From positions 4,558 through 68,557 of the forward strand of contig CAVYYP010000004.1 of NCBI GenBank assembly GCA_963772765.1: 64,000 nt of DNA, given 5' to 3'. The notes beneath the pieces are model-generated. The model had not been told where the DNA came from, ran no database searches, and saw nothing but the letters and a program-made list of their open reading frames with translations. A program made the translations under genes and the position numbers. This document shows, one piece after another, positions 37,315 through 45,736 of this stretch. Source of the stretch: Candidatus Bathyarchaeota archaeon (GTDB lineage: Archaea > Thermoproteota > Bathyarchaeia > Bathyarchaeales > Bathyarchaeaceae). Positions within the stretch are counted from its first letter, which is position 1; each line of letters begins with the position of its first letter.

Positions 37315-37494
37315 ACCAAAAGCTTCGGAAAAATCTAATTTAAGTCGTATGAATCAGAAATATGGACAAACCCACACTAAAAAGCAGCCTTTTGATGAAT
37401 CGTTCACAAATCATTCTATGAATTAAAATAACAACACATTGTTGAACAAATAGACTGTTCTCAGAAATCGTACAACTTTAAGGCGAAAAAAGTG

Positions 37495-37746
37495 CAAAAC
37501 CTTATATTTTGAACGCTCAAAACATACTCCCGTTGATGAGTACAGGTCGTTTCAATCTTCTATCTCAGTCAACAAAATTGACTGAGATTCAAGGGATGAC
37601 TCAAAGATTTCAACCGCTATCTGGTGTATACCAAAGTCGGTTCCAGCAAATGCAATTGGTATAGCTGTTGTAGCTGCATGCATCATCGGTGCAGTAGCCT
37701 ACATCGCACTCAGAAGAAGAAAATAACTCTCTTCTTCCCCTTTTTT
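37495..37746 (+). pseudogene. Ghost gene: TATA-plus-leader module c2 (sORF 37536-37664) fused to the last ~45 codons and terminator of a deleted beta-propeller-type paralogue
   Basis: TTATATTTT lies at 37502-37510. The frame 37586-37726 ends ...AIGIAVVAACIIGAVAYIALRRRK*. The following TAACTCTCTTCTTCCCCTTTTTT matches the 3' end of the gene ending at 45737. Confidence 0.6.
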
Positions 37747-37863
37747 GTGAAAACAACAACTATTCTGCAATTGTATATGAAAACTATTTTTTGCGAAACA
37801 GCGTTATAATGAATTATTTTATAAGGATAAAATCTAGTTATTTAGTTAATAAATTTCGTCGGG

Positions 37864-38358
37864 GTGGGAATAAAGTTGAAAACATATGGTTTTATTGTAT
37901 TGAATTTTGAAAAGTTTTGGAAAAGGCTCTGTAGTCAAAACAGGGCAGGCAAAACCAATCACTCTTTTGTTCGCAGAGGTGTGGCTGGACCAAAAAACAC
38001 TACAAAACTATTCTTTTACGTAACATATCCACAAAAGAGTATCCAAGGGTGTGCGGATTTCGTTGAACGTATCAATGGAGATGCCAGGGAATTGTGGAAA
38101 ACTTTTGGACACGAATCTCTCCTAAACACATATGAAGAATATCAAGAGTTTCTGCAGGGCAGAACAAAATCCACATTCATCAGATTCAAAAACCTCAAAG
38201 AATTCTCAAATCCGGTGTCAACAGACGTATGGCAAAAAATTATCGGAAAAAAGAGAATGCCACAAATAGGCACATATATAACAGAAAAAATGGCACACCA
38301 ACTTTTAGTAGAGGGCGGTGTAAAGCCTGGACCTAATTTGGCTCAAAAGAGTTTGTGA
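37864..38358 (+). CDS. Hypothetical protein, possibly ASCH/PUA-like fold
   Basis: ORF only. A weak resemblance to ASCH-type proteins is recalled from memory. Confidence 0.3.
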   Translation: MGIKLKTYGFIVLNFEKFWKRLCSQNRAGKTNHSFVRRGVAGPKNTTKLFFYVTYPQKSIQGCADFVERINGDARELWKTFGHESLLNTYEEYQEFLQGRTKSTFIRFKNLKEFSNPVSTDVWQKIIGKKRMPQIGTYITEKMAHQLLVEGGVKPGPNLAQKSL

Positions 38359-38440
38359 CAGCCAGATGGCTTGGAGAAAACACAACATATACTGCGCTAG
38401 CCTGTAGCGGTTGAAATGCAACAGTTGTTTCTGGTAAGAA

Positions 38441-38815
38441 ATGTATAAAGGCGTCTGGGAGTTACTGTATGTTGAAGTGTTTAATGTGACGCGTGTCAGA
38501 GTTCAGAAGATTGAATCCGTCAAAGACCCTGAAGGCAACCTTGGCAAACGTATCGAACTAATCGAGGACCGGGTTATTCCCAGATTTGCCGTTAGACCCG
38601 CAACAGAAGAAGCAAGGATGGTTCAAGAAGTCATGAAAAGCTTACAGCAGCAGCTTCCAGTTCTTGCGACACAAACTACCCAGTTTGCTCTTCCAAAAAT
38701 GATCTTGTTTCTGACCGAGAGCGAATATGAACGGCTTGGAATAAATTTTGATGTAAACCAGATCTACGAACTGGAGCTTTTTGGTCAGTCCATAAGCTTC
38801 AAAAAAGCAACTTAG
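38441..38815 (+). CDS. Hypothetical protein
   Basis: ORF with no assignable motif. The start may be the internal GTG (VTRVRVQK). Confidence 0.4.
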   Translation: MYKGVWELLYVEVFNVTRVRVQKIESVKDPEGNLGKRIELIEDRVIPRFAVRPATEEARMVQEVMKSLQQQLPVLATQTTQFALPKMILFLTESEYERLGINFDVNQIYELELFGQSISFKKAT

Positions 38816-38889
38816 CTGAGCACATGTTTTTGCGTGCAGTTTTCATTTTTTAGGTAGTTTGTTGTTAGTTTCATTTGGTTGAGTAGAGC

Positions 38890-39171
38890 ATGCAAACTGG
38901 GGCTCACGTTTTTGTCAGCGGCAGAGTTCAAGGCGTATTTTTCAGGGTAGAGACCAGACGTGAAGCCATTAAACGAGATGTTGTGGGCTGGGTTCAAAAC
39001 ACATCTGATGGTAGAGTTGAAGCGGTTTTTGAGGGCGAAAAAGAAGACGTGGAAGAAATGGTTGATTTCTGTAGACGTGGACCGCCTAGTGCTCATGTTA
39101 CGGATGTGGATGTGCAATGGGGCAACTATTCGGGTTCATTTGAGGGTTTTAGAATTCGTTATACTGACTGA
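38890..39171 (+). CDS. acyP: Acylphosphatase
   Basis: VSGRVQGVFFR...GWVQNTSDGRVEAVFEG...RGPPSAHV is the canonical acylphosphatase signature. Confidence 0.9.
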   Translation: MQTGAHVFVSGRVQGVFFRVETRREAIKRDVVGWVQNTSDGRVEAVFEGEKEDVEEMVDFCRRGPPSAHVTDVDVQWGNYSGSFEGFRIRYTD

Positions 39172-39208
39172 TAGATTGTTCCTAGTTGTCTAAACTGTTA
39201 AGTTAAAA

Positions 39209-39322
39209 GGAGGATGGGGGACTTGGCGCATGCGCGCGTATGCACCGTCGATCGCTCAAGGAGAGGGTAATCTCTTGGCGAATGGAGAACAGGGGTATTT
39301 TCTCGGTGTCCCCTCACCATCC
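39209..39322 (-). ncRNA. Candidate structured RNA (four-way junction), copy 2 of the two-member family
   Basis: G+C-rich island between convergent genes. TTTATAT on the minus strand (39350-39356) lies about 28 nt upstream, and a U4 run follows. Helices GGGGAC/GUCCCC, GAGAA/UUCUC and GGUGCAU/AUGCGCC are present. Confidence 0.6.
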
Positions 39323-39453
39323 ATCAAAATCGACAAAAAGCATACTAGGATATAAACTTATTGTAATTGGAATCCGTATTTTCTGTTTTTGACACACACT
39401 TTTTCTTAACATATTGTTGTTTTTTGCGTTGTTTGTGTTTATTTTTGTTGTTT

Positions 39454-39975
39454 TTAGTTGGGTTGTTGACTGTTGATGTTTTCGCGTTTTTCTTTTTCTT
39501 GTTTTATCGCTGACACGTATTCTGTGAATGTGAGGTCGTGTATGCTTGGATAGTTTTTGATTGTGTATCTGACTTTGTTGAAGAGTTTTTTCATTATCTG
39601 TATCTCTATTATTTTTGAGCCTGTTCCGAAGATGTTCTCGAGAGCTTTTGAGAAGTCTTCAATTCTGCATGGTATGTCTTGGGCATCTATTTTGAACGTT
39701 TTCTCAAGATAGGTGTATATTACCTGTTTTGCTGATTCCCCGATTAGTGAGAGTCCTTCGTCTATTGCTTCTAGAAGGATTTTTTCGAATTTTGCTGGTT
39801 TTTTGTTTGTGCTGTGATTTGTGTCCTTTTGTGGTTTGAAGATTGTTGCTATTTTGTGCGGTAGTTGTGTTGTCTTTGTTGGGTTTGTGCGTAGGTACGT
39901 TTTGTATAAGTACCAGTTTGTTGTGAATGTTGGTGTGTCTTTTTCTTGTTCTGTTGTACTGTTGTTTTGTTCCAT
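39454..39975 (-). CDS. Hypothetical protein (low-complexity T/N/K-rich N-terminus, conserved-looking C-terminal helical domain)
   Basis: ORF. The C-terminal ILLEAIDEGLSLIGESAKQVIYTYLEKTFKI... resembles small archaeal regulator-like proteins (from memory, unverified). Confidence 0.4.
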   Translation of the reverse strand: MEQNNSTTEQEKDTPTFTTNWYLYKTYLRTNPTKTTQLPHKIATIFKPQKDTNHSTNKKPAKFEKILLEAIDEGLSLIGESAKQVIYTYLEKTFKIDAQDIPCRIEDFSKALENIFGTGSKIIEIQIMKKLFNKVRYTIKNYPSIHDLTFTEYVSAIKQEKEKRENINSQQPN

Positions 39976-40153
39976 TGTTCTACCCTAAAACATATAGCAT
40001 ATCTTATCACTTAATATACCATATTTCATTGTGGAATATACTACAAAAACAGAAATATGTACATAAAAGTACATATCATAAACCACGGAAAACAGCAAGA
40101 ATACCCTAAAATAAGGGAAATTATATCTAAACCAACCCAAAGGAGCAACAAAC

Positions 40154-40948
40154 TTGCCAACAATACTAGTAACCAACGACGACGGAATCAAGTCCATCGG
40201 ATTATCAGTCCTCACAAAGCAGCTAAAAAAACTGGGAGATGTAATAGTTGTCACCCCAGGTGACGAGAGAAGTGGTGTGGGCAAATCTATCAGCATAGGT
40301 CAGGTTAACGTATCTGAAGTTGATTTTGATGAAGGAATTAAGGCGTATGCTACGACTGGTACTCCTGCGGATTCGTTTTTGTTGGCTGTTAACAAGATTC
40401 TGAAATGTATGCCAGATTTGCTCGTGTCTGGGATTAATATTGGTCCAAACTTGGGTATAGATGACCTGTTGACTTCGGGTACTATCGGGGCGGCTTTTGA
40501 GGCTGCTATTCGTCATGTGCCTGCTGTTGCGGTTTCGTATTGTGTGTCTGAGATTAATGATAAGACATACGGGAAGGATACTATTCCTGTGGATGATTTG
40601 GAGTTAGCGGCGTCTATGGGCTATAAGGCTGCCAAGTTTGTGTTAGAGCAGGGGATGCCGTCTGATGTGGACATTGTTTCGATCAATGTACCTGAGGGCG
40701 CTGACCATGAGAATGTGCAGCTTACGAGTTTGTGTTATGATGGTTATGGTGACATTCACACAGAAGTTGAGGATGGTTACGTGATCAAGAGCTGGGCGCT
40801 ACGGCACTATCCGGATGGCGTTCATGGAACCGATATTCATGCAATCAAGACTGGGAACTGTATTTCTGTAACTCCTATCAAGTTGGGCTTTCTTCACAAC
40901 ACAGAAGTGATGAAGGATATGCTCGGTTCGTTGTCGGACGGCAGCTAG
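40154..40948 (+). CDS. surE: 5'/3'-nucleotidase SurE
   Basis: ILVTNDDGIKSIGL and GINIGPNLG are SurE signatures. TTG start. Confidence 0.85.
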   Translation: MPTILVTNDDGIKSIGLSVLTKQLKKLGDVIVVTPGDERSGVGKSISIGQVNVSEVDFDEGIKAYATTGTPADSFLLAVNKILKCMPDLLVSGINIGPNLGIDDLLTSGTIGAAFEAAIRHVPAVAVSYCVSEINDKTYGKDTIPVDDLELAASMGYKAAKFVLEQGMPSDVDIVSINVPEGADHENVQLTSLCYDGYGDIHTEVEDGYVIKSWALRHYPDGVHGTDIHAIKTGNCISVTPIKLGFLHNTEVMKDMLGSLSDGS

Positions 40949-40957
40949 TTCCTGTTT

Positions 40958-42214
40958 CTAGTTTTTTGTGTCAGAGCGTTTTTGGTTATGATATATCTGT
41001 AGAGTTTGTTCTCCGACCTGTTTCCATGTGAAATATTTTAGCACTCTTTTGCGCCCATTTTTGCCCCAAGTTTTTGCCCTTTCTGGGTCTTTGAGCACTT
41101 CGTTTACTCCCCATGCTATGTCTGCAGCGTTTTCGCCGTTTACATGGATTCCGTTTTGGTCTGGTCCCGCGTTTATGACCTGTTCTCTGAAGCCTACTAC
41201 GCCCCGTGCTCCCACTACGATCGGTTTTTCCATTGACATTGCTTCTAGGCTGACGATTCCAAAAGGCTCGTACACTGACGGAAAAATGCAGACATCAGAT
41301 GCGGCATAGTGAAGGATTCTTTCTTCTTCGGGTACAAAATCGAAACGGCATATGACGTTGTTTTTTATTCCCAGTCGGTTCGCTGTTTCGTCGATGTCGT
41401 TTTGTTCCTCTCCCTTGCCTAGGATTACGAGTTTTGTGTTGGGGTGCTCTTTTAGAATGGTTGGCATTGCCTGAATCAGGTTTCTTACGCCTTTAACCCA
41501 TGTTAGCCGTCCTAAGAAGAAAAGCATTTTTTCGTTGTCTTTTATGCCATATTTTTTGCGGATTTTTTGTGCATCCTCTTTTGTGTACTTGGCTGGGTTA
41601 TAACGTTCTGGGTCTACGCCGTTCCAGACTACGCTTATTTTTTCTGCAGGCCAACCATGTTTTATGAGGTCTTCGCGCATTGCGTGGCTCACGGTTATTA
41701 TGCGGTCTGCTGCAGTTGCCGTTGATGTTTCTAGGTGAGACACTACTGCGGAGCCTTGTCCGCCGCTTCTTCCAAATTCTGTGCTGTGGACATGAAATAC
41801 TACCGGAATGTCTGTTTCGTTTTTGATTATTATCCCCGCTATGCCGCTTAGCCAGTCATGAACTGCCACAACATCAAATTTGTAGCCTTCTTTTTTGATT
41901 AAACTGTTGACATATTTTGCTGCACTTAGAATGTTGTAGATGAATATATCGTTGAATAGGCGGATGTTGGCGCCCCATTTTTGCAGGTCTTCGGTGACAA
42001 AAATTGGAAAAACGTTACTTGCATCAACAACGATGGGTCTGTGAACCTCTACACCATTCATTATTTCTCTTGTTTTAAGATTTCCAGAATTAAGTGTAAA
42101 CACTGTAACGTCATGTCCCACCTCAATAAACTCTCGGGTTATGTATTCTGCATAAGTGCCTAAGCCACCCACAAGTTTCGGTGGATATTCCCAAACAAAA
42201 AAACAGATTCTCAA
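40958..42214 (-). CDS. GT4-family glycosyltransferase (glycogen synthase-like)
   Basis: N-terminal EYPPKLVGGLGTY and the C-terminal E-x7-E region PSVYEPFGIVSLEAM. Confidence 0.75.
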   Translation of the reverse strand: MRICFFVWEYPPKLVGGLGTYAEYITREFIEVGHDVTVFTLNSGNLKTREIMNGVEVHRPIVVDASNVFPIFVTEDLQKWGANIRLFNDIFIYNILSAAKYVNSLIKKEGYKFDVVAVHDWLSGIAGIIIKNETDIPVVFHVHSTEFGRSGGQGSAVVSHLETSTATAADRIITVSHAMREDLIKHGWPAEKISVVWNGVDPERYNPAKYTKEDAQKIRKKYGIKDNEKMLFFLGRLTWVKGVRNLIQAMPTILKEHPNTKLVILGKGEEQNDIDETANRLGIKNNVICRFDFVPEEERILHYAASDVCIFPSVYEPFGIVSLEAMSMEKPIVVGARGVVGFREQVINAGPDQNGIHVNGENAADIAWGVNEVLKDPERAKTWGKNGRKRVLKYFTWKQVGEQTLQIYHNQKRSDTKN

Positions 42215-42336
42215 ACAAAAAACCTCTACAGATAGTTAGGCACGGAATCTAATATTGTTTGTCTGCTCATATATTAAGTAAATCAAGTTTCTGTTGGGGT
42301 TACGATAGTCCTTGCACTGAAATGCTTGATCTTTGG

Positions 42337-42774
42337 TTAGGATAAAGCGATTATTATTCCACCTGTTGCTATAAGAGCTACGCCTAGCACCGTGGGTAAT
42401 GTGAGTTTTTCACCCAAAAAAATGGCAGCAAAGATAATTGCAAATATTATGCTGAGCTTGTCGATGGGTACTACTTGAGAAACTTTTCCGTATTCCAGAG
42501 CCAAAAAGTAGAATATCCATGATGAAGCACCAGCTAAGCCCCCAATGAGTATGAAAAACAGAGCTTTTGAATCAAGAGTGGTTACTGTGTTCATTCTCCC
42601 TGTTACTACCATTAGAACAACGATTGCTCCAAACATTACTCCTGCTCGAACTCCAGTAGCAGTTATGGAATCCACATCTTGAAGACCAATTTTTGCAAAT
42701 ATTGCCACAAGGGCGGCAGTTATCGCAGAAAGTAGAGCATATATTAACCATTGCATACTCATTTTCATCATCAT
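42337..42774 (-). CDS. EamA-domain (DMT superfamily) small transporter
   Basis: 145 aa with 4-5 TM helices and a single EamA-like repeat. Confidence 0.6.
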   Translation of the reverse strand: MMMKMSMQWLIYALLSAITAALVAIFAKIGLQDVDSITATGVRAGVMFGAIVVLMVVTGRMNTVTTLDSKALFFILIGGLAGASSWIFYFLALEYGKVSQVVPIDKLSIIFAIIFAAIFLGEKLTLPTVLGVALIATGGIIIALS

Positions 42775-42880
42775 CCTGATAATTACTTATGATTGAGAGT
42801 TAAATTTTTCCTTGTCGCAGAATTTGGAGTTTTGGCATCTTAGTTGTATTTGGTTCTATTGTTTGCAGTTGTAATTTGTT

Positions 42881-43600
42881 CTATTTGATGGCAACTAGCA
42901 CTTTAAACCATTTAAAACCATGTAAGGGGCGGACAGTAACTTTACTGAATTTTGCTTTAGTGCATAAATCGCTCCACTGTTTGAAGCTGATGCAGTATTC
43001 GCCGTCATTTAAGATGTGCTTCTTGCCGTTATCGTACATCCTGCTGAATGCTTCTGGTCCTCCTTCAGTTAAAGCGAGAACATATTCTTCCTTTAGCCAC
43101 TCAAGCAATCTTAACAACCGATTTGGGTCAGTAATCTTTCCAGTTGTATCCATATCTATGTCTCCGAGAACAAATCTACCGCCAAGTTTCAAGATATCAT
43201 GAATCTTTTCGATTGTAGGCAATTTGTTCTTCAGATGATGCAATGTAACTGTGGAAGCAACAACATCAAACGAATTTTCCTCAAAAATTAGGTCTGCTGC
43301 ATCTTCAAGTTTAGTGGCAATCCTATCCGACAGACCTAGTTTCACAATTTTATCCCTAAATATTGAGAGCATTTCTTGCGAACTATCAATACCCATAATA
43401 GAGCAGTCTGCTTTTTTCAGAAACTTTAAAGATAGCAGTCCAGTCCCGCATCCGATGTCAAGCACCTTTTGTCCTTTTTTCACATCGGACAGCTCAACAA
43501 CAAGGTTTAGCAGTTGATGATGTCTATCAATTTTGCCCAGCGTATTATCGTATTCATTTGCCCAATCTTTGAACCAGTCACTTGTATTTTGGTTTTGCAT
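42881..43600 (-). CDS. Class I SAM-dependent methyltransferase
   Basis: Motif I VLDIGCGTGLL and a post-I acidic residue. Confidence 0.75.
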   Translation of the reverse strand: MQNQNTSDWFKDWANEYDNTLGKIDRHHQLLNLVVELSDVKKGQKVLDIGCGTGLLSLKFLKKADCSIMGIDSSQEMLSIFRDKIVKLGLSDRIATKLEDAADLIFEENSFDVVASTVTLHHLKNKLPTIEKIHDILKLGGRFVLGDIDMDTTGKITDPNRLLRLLEWLKEEYVLALTEGGPEAFSRMYDNGKKHILNDGEYCISFKQWSDLCTKAKFSKVTVRPLHGFKWFKVLVAIK

Positions 43601-43762
43601 TTTTTAACACTACAGTTTGTAATTGATCTCGAAAGTATTGAGGTTCTAAAAGACAATTTGAATATAAAAATGTCATTCATGAATACAAACTTTGAAAAAT
43701 AAAGAAAGATTGGGAAACCTGTGTTTCCCCAAGATTGGGATAAATAATCCGGTTGTTTGGGT

Positions 43763-43945
43763 TTACTCGATGACTTGAATTGCGCCTTCTGGGCATTGCA
43801 TTTCGCATGCTCTACAGACGAGACAGTCCTCAATGTTTACGGCAACAGACTTTCCGTCTTTCATTTCGTAAACACCTACAGGGCAAGTGTCAACGCATGT
43901 TTCGCATCCAGTGCATTTATCAAGATCGATTTTGATTTCAACCAT
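43763..43945 (-). CDS. 2x[4Fe-4S] ferredoxin
   Basis: CTGCETCVDTCP and CLVCRACEMQCP. Confidence 0.85.
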   Translation of the reverse strand: MVEIKIDLDKCTGCETCVDTCPVGVYEMKDGKSVAVNIEDCLVCRACEMQCPEGAIQVIE

Positions 43946-44019
43946 TAGATACTCAACTCCACTTTTAGATTTTAATCAAAATAAAGCAACCAAATAAAAA
44001 CGTTTCCAAAAAAGGGAAA

Positions 44020-45516
44020 CTAATCGCGGATTCTGAGAAGAACTCCGTCGATTGTTGCTTCAGCTTCATGAATTCGGTTTTCGTAATCTTCCAGAAGCTT
44101 TCCGTATGCTCCTTTGGAGATTTCTCCACGCTGGTATCGTGCTTTTACGCGTATAACATCCTTTTGTGCACCTTCAAGCTTTGCTTCAGCCACTTCGATT
44201 TCTCTCAGCAGACTAGCATATTTTGAGCCGCCAGACCTTATTGACTCGCTGATAGTGGAAAGATTTCTGGAGATTGCAGAAAGGCGTCCGTCAAGCATTC
44301 TTTTTCGGACTTTGTATCTGCGTCTTGAAACTTTTCCTTTTTGTAGCCTTTCTTCTAGTGCTTCAAGTTCTGAGCGAACTGTTTCTTTTTCTTCGTATGT
44401 GTCAACGAAAGTTTTGAGGTCTTTTGATGGGACCTGAACTGTTGTTGAGACAGAGGCTACTTTTGGTCCACCCCAGAAACAGTACACTACGGTTCCTACA
44501 ATGGCGAGAAGCCCAACCCAGATGGTGGGATAGAAGCTTCCCCAGAATACGAGATACTTGTAGTCTACAGTAAAGCTTAGGTTCTGTTCTGATGTTACGT
44601 CAGAGAATTCAAAATTCAGAGTCTGCTGCATATCAGATTCTGTGACACTCGCTGATGTTGGACTTGAAGATTGCAGCTCAGAGCCTTTGGGAATTGTCAC
44701 TGAGGTCATTAATTTGCCGATTGTAAAATTGAAGTTTTCGTAGAAAGTGAACTGGATAGTGTAGTCGACTCCATTTTGTTGGCTAACTACTTGGTCCCAA
44801 GGCAGGTAATAGTCTACGTAAATGGTTTCAAATTCTCCTGATGGAACCTCTGACCTAAAGGTTACGTTCATTATACCATTTTCTACGGATGATGCAATTG
44901 TGCCCATCTCGTCACGCACCATAAAGTCATAGGCTGCCTCTGGGACACCAAATGTTATTTCGCTTGCTCTAAATCCAGTGTTTGTGATAAGGTAACTATT
45001 AGTTACAAACAGGTTTCCAGTCTGATCCAGTATCATTTTTCGTTCGACTTTGGTGAACTCAAGTATGACTGTTGGGCGCTCAAATTGAGTAAAGGTGTAA
45101 GCTTGAGACAACTCTATATCGTATAGTTGATCGATAGAGTCGTCCGTTGAATTGTAAAGGTATATGCTGGCGAGTGTGGTTGGGTTAATTCCTTCGGCAT
45201 AGATTTCTGTGCCATCTAATTCAAGGTCGACAACATGAATGCCCGCTTCAAGATACAAGGTTTTGTTATCTGAAACCACAACATATTCGTTGTTTGCGTT
45301 ATAGAGTCCACCAGCATCAACTGTGTACGTTCCGGGAGTTGTGATGTTTACTTCCACTCCTATCTGCAGATAGTTGTAGTATCCATCGTCGTTAGTGTCT
45401 ATGCCTTCGTCTGTTACTGTTCCAGTGAGACTCGACAAATTCTCGTCTTGAGCATAAACAGGAGCAAACTGTGCCATGAAAATCAATAAAGTTGAGATGA
45501 TAAACAGAGAAACCAT
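44020..45516 (-). CDS. Hypothetical surface protein: signal peptide, extracellular domains, one TM helix and a cytoplasmic coiled-coil with a SHOCT-like end
   Basis: The likely start is MVSLFIISTLLIFMAQFAPVYAQ. TM helix FYPTIWVGLLAIVGTVVYCFW. The C-terminus is ...RYQRGEISKGAYGKLLEDY. Confidence 0.5.
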   Translation of the reverse strand: MVSLFIISTLLIFMAQFAPVYAQDENLSSLTGTVTDEGIDTNDDGYYNYLQIGVEVNITTPGTYTVDAGGLYNANNEYVVVSDNKTLYLEAGIHVVDLELDGTEIYAEGINPTTLASIYLYNSTDDSIDQLYDIELSQAYTFTQFERPTVILEFTKVERKMILDQTGNLFVTNSYLITNTGFRASEITFGVPEAAYDFMVRDEMGTIASSVENGIMNVTFRSEVPSGEFETIYVDYYLPWDQVVSQQNGVDYTIQFTFYENFNFTIGKLMTSVTIPKGSELQSSSPTSASVTESDMQQTLNFEFSDVTSEQNLSFTVDYKYLVFWGSFYPTIWVGLLAIVGTVVYCFWGGPKVASVSTTVQVPSKDLKTFVDTYEEKETVRSELEALEERLQKGKVSRRRYKVRKRMLDGRLSAISRNLSTISESIRSGGSKYASLLREIEVAEAKLEGAQKDVIRVKARYQRGEISKGAYGKLLEDYENRIHEAEATIDGVLLRIRD

Positions 45517-45736
45517 AGTTTTTGTCACAAATTTTTTGTGGCTGCCAATATTCTTCACATGAAACACCATCAGGAAATGATTCTTTTTGTGTTGGCGTAA
45601 GTATCGTAGATTACCTTTATTTACTTTTGCCAGAAAGACAAAAACCAATACTTAAACGGTAATGGCTAATCTAAAAAGAAATCTACAAAATGTCTGTAAA
45701 GAAGTTTTTAGAGACAAAAAAGAGGGAAGAAGAGAG

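Noticed and set aside
43700-43740. Direct repeat AGATTGGGA...AGATTGGGA around a GGGAAAC-CUGU-GUUUCCC hairpin (43712-43729).
   Set aside because: This is a single short hairpin just downstream of the minus-strand ferredoxin gene. It is most simply a terminator or 3'-end structure, and no further copies were seen.
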